Shown: piece by piece, positions 54,833 through 64,000 of the stretch
How the letters are laid out: each line of letters starts with the position of its first letter
Numbering within the stretch: the first letter of the stretch is position 1
The notes under the pieces: model-generated
The model's database searches: none
What the model was told of the DNA's origin: nothing
The model's input: the letters and a program-made list of their open reading frames with translations, nothing else
Source of the DNA: Amoebidium appalachense
Taxonomy: Eukaryota > Protista > Ichthyosporea
Length of the DNA: 64,000 nucleotides
Reading direction: 5' to 3'
Assembly: GCA_963693365.1 (NCBI GenBank)
Contig: CAVNZM010000001.1
Location: 10,876,161-10,940,160, forward strand
Position numbers and translations under genes: made by a program

Positions 54833-54916
<84 letters not shown>

Positions 54917-54989
54917 CGTCCTGCACAGGAGGGCGCGCCTCCTGCCCTGCCTGTGCTGCAGGGCCATTGTCTGTTGGGTCTACTTCCAT
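53772..54989 (-). CDS. Ngaro ORF1/gag with a (CAG)26 poly-Q tract and a C-terminal Cys/His zinc-finger cluster
   Basis: ATG MEVDPT at 54989, just inside repeat A1; Y.W.AI..W...HRR; CRGFN...C......CRYKHACLKCG...HGAHAC. Confidence 0.88.
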
Positions 54990-56065
54990 ACTTGAGCCGC
55001 CGTGTGCTAGCCACCGAAAACGCAATCGTGCTAACAAAAACCGTACGTGCAGCACACGGCGAAAACGAAGGTGGCCTGCATCTGCAGTGTGCTGCGCCGG
55101 AAATACCGGCGCTGGTGGCGCCTGACGTCAGGCGCTGCGCCAGACCGATGTCAGCCGCCGCTGCGGCTGCGCCTGGCGCCGCGGCCCGTGACGTCATGGG
55201 CCGCCCGGCTGCCTGCGCCCGAAGTGATCCGTGAAACATCTTTCATCTGCTGCGCATATGAAACGTACAATCATATATTAACCAGAGACCAATAGGTGGG
55301 CAGCTTTGAACATCAGCCAATCGCCGGACAGCATGATGCAGTCATCGTTGGTGGCTACGATTATTCCTTACACTCTCGCGACCGCGTGCATGCTTTCTGT
55401 CGCGGCGCCTCGACGGTTCGATAGAGTCCAGTGTTCGCTGAATGTTTAAGGAAAAATAAGGAGCCATCTCAGTAGGTGGCAGGTGAATCGGTTTTGCCCA
55501 CGGTGCCTCGGTTCGGGCACACGCGGAGGCACCCTGCCGACGCAATTGATTTCTACATAATTTGTGCTTTGAAGGGTTCATCATTTTAGGCTAATTGTCA
55601 GACTATGCTACCCTGCGCGCCGTGTACACGATCATCTGGCAGAGTGTTTCGAAGTTTTGAGTAGTACTAACGGACGAAGAATATAGGCAGTGATTATATT
55701 TTGTCAGTAAAGATCAATACGTGAAACACGGGTTGGGGGAAACCTTTGAGACCGAATTCACCAACCCAGGGAGCCGGATCTGAGAGCACAAAGCGCAATT
55801 GCCATGTTGAGACTCTTCTCTGTGTTCCTATGAAACACGAAGTTAGCAAGCCACCTTAGCCCGCAACCCAACTTGGTAGTTGGTGTGTTAACTCAGCAGT
55901 GGAATAGATCCCCGATTTAGAGCCCTCCAAATATCATTTCTATAGCTTCTCCTTTGGCACAAGCAAGGAAGTCTGCAAAGAGCCCGCCACATGTCATCAC
56001 TCCAGTTTTTACTCAAAGGGATCATCTTGTTTTAGTTTTTTGGAGCAAAACAACATCTGTCCAGG

Positions 56066-57488
56066 ATGGTACGCAAGCAGGACAGAGTGTTCCAGGCAAC
56101 CATCCACATACGAAGGCTCAACCACGTTCCTGGATCCACGGGCACATACTATGCAAAGGCTAAGATTAAAAGGGCCGCAGATGCAGGCACACACAAAACG
56201 AAAAGGTGCATACTTCACTCTCCCTCCCTCTCCCCTCTTTTATAGCTTCTTGCAGATCTTTCCCTATTTCCTTCAACCTCGCAGGCGCTCAAGAATAACG
56301 CCCCCCCTCCCCCGCCCCGATCTTGGAAGCTTCGCGTGCAGTCTTAAACGAAAAAAACCTCTACATCACTGTGCCACTTTCCCTCCTTTTTTCCTGTTCA
56401 TTGCACAGGAGGGAAGACCAGAAAGCGGGTGGTTATTTCGGTGGCACCTATGGGATGTACCACCCAGTGCTGGACTTCTTCAAAACAAACGATCTTTGCT
56501 TGACACAATCTTCACTGAAGAACTTTCTAAACACACCCCCTTTCTTCTCAAGGAGCCTGCGCTCCTGCCGAAGCAAGGTCTTTGTTCTGTCCTTGGATAC
56601 TGCAAAGTTTCTTCTCTGTTCCTTCCTCATTTCCCCTTGGCCCACATTTCCTGCACCCCGCCCCCCGCGCCTCCCCCACCCCTTCTCTCCCCCTTCCCAA
56701 AACATACACAGGAAAAAACCCTTCACACGTAGTCTGTAGCTGACTTTTCCTCGTTCACATCACCCTTCGTCTCTTGCCCCCTCCTCCCCCTCCCCCCCCA
56801 CACACAGAAAAAGAAAAATCGTGCGCACACCCTCCTCCACGCACCCGCCGTGGGTCTACCCAACCACCCCCACCCCGCTTGCTGCCCTTTCTCTCCCCCC
56901 CCCCCCCCCCCCCCCCTCCCCCTCTCTTCTTCCCTCCCTCCCCCCCCTTCCCCCTTCCCCTCCTGCATCGGCTATTTCCAAGCCCACCCACCATACCTTC
57001 CTAGCTCTCCTTACAGCTTCATATCCTTATCATCCCCCCCCCCCCCCCCCCTCCCCCTCCCCCCCCCTTTTTTTTCGCCAACGCTTTTGTCTTTCTTGAT
57101 TATTTATCTTCTCATCTCCCCGCCTCCCCCTTCCCCCCCCCCCCCCCCCCCCCCCCCCGCCCCTTTTTTCCTCTCCATCGCTTTTGTCTTTCTTGATATT
57201 TGTCTTCTTATCCCCCCCCCCCCCCCCCCCCCCTTTTTTTTTTTTTCTTTTTTGGGCACAGAATGCCGATCAGCAACAGCAAAGTTCTGTGGCAGGAGGT
57301 GTGGCAGCCCAAGTGTGCAATCAGTACTGATGCATACGGAGAGCTTAAGCCGTGCACGTGCAGGATCAAGATATACAAGGAGTCCATACGGGTGTGTGTG
57401 TGTGTGTGTGTGTGTGTGTTGTGTGTGTGCGTGTGCGTGTGGTGGATGGGTGGGTGGATGTGTGTGCGTGTGCATGTGTGTGTGTGTT

Positions 57489-57586
<98 letters not shown>

Positions 57587-58446
57587 AGGGGAGGTGGGGG
57601 GGAGGGAAGGGCGGGATACAGCCTGATATCCTGCCTGTAAAATGTTTTACCACACCCTCTCAATGCAAACACTCACACAAGCACGAGCACAAGTCAAATT
57701 GCAGGTGAGCACGAACAAAGCAAACAAACACATGAATGTGCACAAACAAGCAGATTACAAGCACATGCATAGACGAGCACATAACACTTTCGTAAGCGCA
57801 GGCACACACATACACGTGCATCAAGCACGAACACGGGCACACACACACACATGCACGCGCACACGCACGCACGCACACACACACACACACACAGAGATAG
57901 ATAGAATTGGTCCCAAATATATGCACATGAGCACCCACGTATGCACACGCCACAACTCTTCCCCCTTCCTCTTTCCGCCCACATTTCCCCTTATTTCCTT
58001 CCTTTAACCAACCAACAACCTCCTTTTTTTTTCCCAGGAAACAGGGCGTGAAGAGATGAAGATAGGATACGTGGACATAAACCTCTCAGCGTTTGCTGGT
58101 GAAAACGATCAGTCCAAAGAGTACAAGCAGATATTGAAGGGAAAGGACGTGAAGGGAAAACGTCAGGACAATTCGGTGTTGGAGGTAGGGATGTGCCTTC
58201 CCCCCCCCCCCCCCCCCCCCCCTACCCCCCCTCTCCCCACCCCCACATTCCGCCCTCTCAGTACCACCGCACTCAGGCTCTTACTGTGTCTGCTAACCCC
58301 TCGTTGTTGCAGTTCTGGTCTCTCATATCATGCCTTGCTTCTCCGTGTCTGTGTGTTTGTGCACGCGCGGGCGGGCGGGCGGGCGGAGGGGCGGGTGGGC
58401 ATGCGTCACCCTTTGGTTGTGGTGGTGGTGTTTTTTTTTTTTTTTT

Positions 58447-58477
<31 letters not shown>

Positions 58478-58540
58478 GGGGGATGGGGGCCGGTAGAGCT
58501 GTCCACACTTGTGTGGGTGTCCTTGGTTTCCCTCTTGGAA

Positions 58541-58575
<35 letters not shown>

Positions 58576-58668
58576 ACTCTTTCTCCTCGCAAGTCTGCCT
58601 GGCTTTTCAGTTGCGATTGTGTGCCTCGTATTCTGTTGGAACCCCCCCCCCCCCCCCCCCCCCCACCC

Positions 58669-58700
<32 letters not shown>

Positions 58701-58862
58701 GAAAGAAAAGAAAAGAAAGAAAGAAAGAAAGAAAAAACCACACACACACAAAAGCCCCTTCTCCACCCTATTTCCCACTCTACTTTTCAAGTGTGTGTGT
58801 GGAAATGGTCTGTTATGGTTGGTATTTAGAGAGGGTGAATGGGAGGCGGGTTGGGAAGGGTG

Positions 58863-58924
<62 letters not shown>

Positions 58925-59340
58925 TTTGAAGAGAGGAGTGGGAGGGAGGGGAGTGGGGGGAAGAGGGAGGGCGGAAAGAAGGGGAGGGGGAGGGGGGGGG
59001 GGGGGGGGATTGGCAGAGAGGATTGGGGCTCAAATGTGTTGCTGTGGGCAGGTTGAGATCAAGATGCTTCTCTTGACCGGTGACAGGTTCTTCAGAACGT
59101 AACCTATCCCCCCCCCCCCCCCCTCCCCGCGCACCGCCTTCCTTCGGTTCCTGATAGAATTTTTCTCCACCATTTTTGGGATAATGATTGGATGTTTGTG
59201 AAGTCAGGTGTGGATTCAGGGAGGAATGGCAAGGAAGAAGTTGTGTGAAAATTGGGAGATTGGGTGGGTGGGTGGGTGGGGGTGAGAAGGGGGAGGGAGA
59301 GGGCTGGGGGGGTTGGGTGGGGGGGTGGATGGTGGAGGTG

Positions 59341-59378
<38 letters not shown>

Positions 59379-59474
59379 CGGCGGGGGGGGGGGGGGGGGG
59401 GGGGCGGCTGGATGGGATGTCAAATGTTTGGTGGAATAATCCCGAACACCCCCTCCCCCTCCCCCCCCCCCCCC

Positions 59475-59515
<41 letters not shown>

Positions 59516-59690
59516 AGCCGTTGATTTTTTTCCCCTTTCCAAATCGAACAGTGTTACGCATCTGGCCTCTGCATGAGAGAAAAAAATTGCCTTTTCTTGC
59601 TTCCTCATTTTCATGCTGAAAAGAGTGCAGAAGTGGAAGGAGGAAGGGGTATCCACTTCGAGTGGCCGGGAGGTTGGAGGGGATGTGTGT

Positions 59691-59729
<39 letters not shown>

Positions 59730-60308
59730 GAGAGAGACGGGGGGGGGGGGGGGGGGGGGGAGGAAGAGGGAGAGAGAGAGAGAGAGAGAAGGAGACAGGG
59801 GTGTCGACGATTTATGGTTGGGGAAGCGAAGAGAGAGGAGCAGATGAACACGACACGAATACCATGGTATACGATCGAAATAAGATTGATGCAAGATGTG
59901 CATGAGATGGATTAGAATCTGATTGTGTGCGGGTCCAAGACGATTTGAATTGAATCGGGATTGTCCTAGTGGTACAACTTACATTCTTTCTGACTGACAC
60001 GTTCACCCGTTGCTTGCAGACCCAAGCTGGAGTCTGAATCTCTGATACACGTTGGAGAGGTGGGTGGAACCTACGTGGAATTTTTTTTTTCTTTTCTGTT
60101 GCGCTTGCACACACAACTTCCGGAGAACGTGTGTGCTACACAAAGGAATAGAAGTGAAGTAAATGATTGGGGTGCAAGTGGGTGAATGTTGGCAACCACA
60201 CACGGGATATGCTAAGAGGTTTGTGTGTGTGAATGCACGTGCACAGGCACACTTCACATCTGCAGGCATGTGCGCGCGCACTGCACGCAGGCACATGCAA
60301 ACACACAT

Positions 60309-60370
<62 letters not shown>

Positions 60371-60572
60371 CACACACACACACGCACACACAAGCACACA
60401 CACACAGAGAGAGGGAGAGAGAGAGAGAGACAAAGAGAGAGAGGGAGAGGGGTGAGGGGGAGAGAGAGAGAGAGAGAGGGGGAGAGAGAGAGAGACCGCT
60501 AGGGAAAGATCTGCATGTTTACATCTCCCACTCCCAGCAACCCTGATTTTTCACGTTTTTGGGGAGAGGGAG

Positions 60573-60629
<57 letters not shown>

Positions 60630-61149
60630 ATCCCCAATGATTCCAATGTCCATATTATGGTGTCTAACCCTTTCCGCCTGCATCATCACAGGACAGCATA
60701 CACGACCTATCCAACTTGGACAGTGCTAGAAACTGGGTATGGCGAAACCCCCCCCCCCCCCCCCCCCCCCGCCTTTGTAAGGCCTGCTGGGGTATCCCTT
60801 TTTGAAACGTCTCTGGCATGTTCTCTTATTGTGGGTGGTAGGCATGGCACCCCCGTTTTTTTGTTTGTTTTTTTTTTTGCCCCTTACCCGTTGGATATGT
60901 GTTTTAACATTTCCGAGTTCATTCTTGTCTTCGCTTCTGTTGCAATGCTTCAGTGCATGCGTAGGTGGAAGACAGATTTTTCAGATTCATTCTTCTTCTG
61001 GGTGTATTTGTATTCCTGACTAGGAGAAATGTGCTTTCTGTTCTTTTCCATCCCCTCATTTTTTGTAGTGCGTGTGCTTATGTAGAAGCGGACGAGAGGA
61101 GGAGGGACGACGGGAGCAAGTGGGAAAGAGGGAAGAGTAGTTTTTTTAA

Positions 61150-61230
<81 letters not shown>

Positions 61231-61324
61231 GCTCCCCGTTTTTTTGTTGGGGAAGGGCGGGGGGGAGGGGTGGGGGGGGGGGGGGGGGGGGGGGGGGGCC
61301 TCCCGTTTTTTTGTTGGGGAAGGG

Positions 61325-61355
<31 letters not shown>

Positions 61356-61466
61356 TCCCGTTTTTTTGTTGGGGAAGGGCAGGGGGGAGGGGGGGGGGGG
61401 GGTGCGGAGGATGTAAGGGAGGTAGGTAAGGTTTAACAACTTGACATTTTTAGGCTAATTGCGCAT

Positions 61467-61539
<73 letters not shown>

Positions 61540-62285
61540 AGTACGATACCGGGATGCCTGCAAGGGACCACATCCGTCTGTCACGAGTCGATGCCCAACT
61601 CGTAGTAAATGGTGCCCCCCCCCCCCCCCCCCCCCCCCTCTCCCCCCCCCCCCCCCCCCCTTCCCGCACCACCACCACAACTATCACCACCACTTGATTG
61701 GTTTTCCTTGTCCATCTTGTCTGAACGTCCTGTGGGGCGCCTGGGATTTGTTTTCCGCTTGTGATTTTTCCATGTCCTTGCCTTCATAGGTCCCACCATC
61801 TAATACTCCCCCCCCTCTCTCCCCCCTTTCCCCCTGTCCCTCCCTGCCCAACCAAACCACGCACCCACCTACCCATGCTGCACGTGTTGCTGATGTTGCA
61901 TACTTGGATGTGCCTTTGTATGTATTTTGCACAGTGTTTCTCATCGCGCAGTTGTTCTTGTACCGTGTTCCGTATTCTTAAATTACCCCCCTGGATGACG
62001 TGGGCCCCCCCTGAGGATGGGCTCTGCTTATTATGCATACTCTTTATGTATGGCTTGCATTCTGCATCGTGTTATCCGTTTGTTCTTGTGTACTTCGTAC
62101 TTTTTGACGCATTCAAACCCCCCCCCCCCCCCCAAAAAAAAAAAAAAAAAAAAAAAAAAAAACACTTACCCACAGAGATCATGATTGAGGCGCGACTAGA
62201 CCAGGTGGGGGTGGCCATGCCGGACAAAAGATCCAGCCTGCACTCACTGAGCTACAACGGGCAGTACCATGTGTGGCACCAATAG
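56066..62285 (+). CDS. EEIG1: EEIG1/FAM102-family NT-C2 domain protein (exons 56066-56205, 57262-57391, 58038-58184, 59052-59098, 60020-60059, 60692-60736, 61539-61611, 62176-62285)
   Basis: The spliced product contains [14 protein letters not shown]...[25 protein letters not shown] and the C-terminal [12 protein letters not shown], both characteristic of FAM102. Introns are GT-AG and phase-consistent. The end of the last exon is less certain. Confidence 0.9.
61992..62124 (+). repeat. ~133-bp dispersed intronic repeat, copy 2
   Basis: Near-identical inverted copy of 401-533. Confidence 0.9.
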
Positions 62286-62357
62286 TGGATGTGTGTGTGT
62301 GTGTGTGTGTGTGTGTGACTGTATGTGTGTGTGTGTGTGTGTATGTGTGTGTGCATG

Positions 62358-62452
<95 letters not shown>

Positions 62453-63266
62453 ATGTTTTGTGTGTGTGTGTGTGTGTGTGGCGGGGGGGGGGGGGGGGGG
62501 GGGGGGGGAGGGGGGGGGTGGATTTCGACTACTTCCTCTTTTTGATTTTTATTATAATTTTCTATTATTATTTTTTGAAGAAATATTGCTTTTTCGCTTC
62601 AGATTCTGTGCAGTTTCGGAAGTTCCCGAAATGTAGGCCACATGGGAATCACATGTATGTATGTTGCCAACGGTCTTCGTCATGTATGGTATGAATGAGG
62701 AGCATATATATATGGCATGTATATATCACGAATGATAAGTAAATATATAGTATACGTCGATATGCTGCTAAATTTCTTTTGCGCCGCGAAGGAAAGGAAA
62801 AGGGTTGCTTTAAATTTGAATTCGAAAAAGGTCTAGACACACCAATCTACTACACAGAGGGGTTCATTCAAATGTGCGTATGTTGGTGACTACACAGGCT
62901 TATGGTCTACTGGGATTACGCGCATCAACTTTGAAACAAAGCTTTGCATGATCAACTATTATCGCCAAGTACGAAACGTAGAGAATCCAAAAATAAACAG
63001 GACGACAGGGAGGGTTTCCCCCCCCCAACAAAGTTATAGCTATAGTGAGCTGATGAAGAGTTCACGCTTGACTCGACTCATAGAGATCAGTCTCTGCACT
63101 TCATATACATAGACATGGAGTTTTCTGCCATATATTAACCCGTTCAAGTGACTATGTCAGTATGATCATGATGCATCAGCACACAAAGCTTGGTCAAGTT
63201 ATGGTTGCTTGTATATTGATTCTTTTTTGCCACGTGTGCAAAATAGATCTAGATGAAACCAACTTG

Positions 63267-63648
63267 CTAATTCAGTCGAGTTATATTAACGTTCCGGCGC
63301 GATCCGCAATTGTCCCTTGCTCCTTTCAATCGCAAGAGCTCTTGCATGGAATCCAGTCATGATGCACGGTTGATGCGTACATATTGAAAAGTGGACGTGT
63401 GTTTATATAATCATAAGTACTACAAACGTATGCCAAGGCCTACGTAGTGCTACAGCCTAATTCAGTCGAGTTATATTAACGTTCCGGCGCGATCCGCAAT
63501 TGTCCCTTGCTCCTTTCAATCGCAAGAGCTCTTGCATGGAATCCAGTCATGATGCACGGTTGATGCGTACATATTGGAAAGTGGACGTGTGTTTATATAA
63601 TCATAAGTACTACAAACGTATGCCAAGGCCTACGTAGTACTACAGCCT
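63267..63648. repeat. 190-bp tandem duplication (two copies, two mismatches seen)
   Basis: Copies start at 63267 and 63457. Confidence 0.93.
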
Positions 63649-64000
63649 TGCCCCCCCCCCCCCACATACACACACAACAAAGAAAAAAGAGGCGCTCCAG
63701 GCGCCCGATAAGACATGTGTGTGAGCCACTTTCTTATGATTCAGCACAGAACAGAGGTGCTACATTAGAAGTCTCCTTTATTTCGTTCGTTGTTTCACAT
63801 TATATTTGTTTAGCGCGATGTTCATCATCATGAACCCAGTTCCAGACTGGATCTTATATATATCTCACTCTGCAAGTACGCGATACATCATAACAACTCT
63901 CAAAACGTTTAGAAGGCATTACTTGCATGTAACTGGTTGGTATTCGAAATTTATGACACCATGGCCAGTTTATAATTCCCCTCAGCCCCCCCCCCCCCCC

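Larger units (their letters stand above)
38093..55269 (-). mobile_element. Ngaro-type (DIRS order) tyrosine-recombinase retrotransposon, ~5.4 kb once three nested insertions are removed
   Basis: Split direct repeats in the order A1 (54994-55269), ORFs, B1 (38615-38705), A2 (38339-38614), B2 (38093-38183). gag, RT-RNase H and YR lie on the minus strand in the expected order. Confidence 0.93.

Overview
Eukaryotic, intron-rich DNA (probably an opisthokont or holozoan; I cannot name the species), dense in (CA)n, (GA)n and poly-C/G tracts, so most ORFs in the supplied track are microsatellite artefacts. Two host genes bracket the window: a cytoplasmic dynein intermediate chain (minus strand, from 5798 off the left edge) and an EEIG1/FAM102 NT-C2 gene (plus strand, 56066-62285). 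Between them lie about 50 kb of accessory DNA. (1) The main candidate system is a ~21-exon, ~2,000-aa plus-strand gene (22223-35558) that fuses a 2OG-Fe(II) dioxygenase, a ParB/Srx domain, a beta-class N6/N4 DNA methyltransferase, an OTU protease and a duplicated unknown domain. It sits head-to-head with a broken minus-strand gene that may be a transposase remnant (17912-14314). (2) A Ngaro-type tyrosine-recombinase retrotransposon (38093-55269) carries three clean insertions: a full Copia element, a gag-only LTR element and a Transib-like non-autonomous DNA transposon. (3) There are also a non-autonomous hAT-like element and two 39-46 bp TIR-only micro-elements with 8-bp TSDs. Gene models and alignments were made by eye, and no database searches were run. 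Most frameshifts fall in homopolymers and may be sequencing errors.
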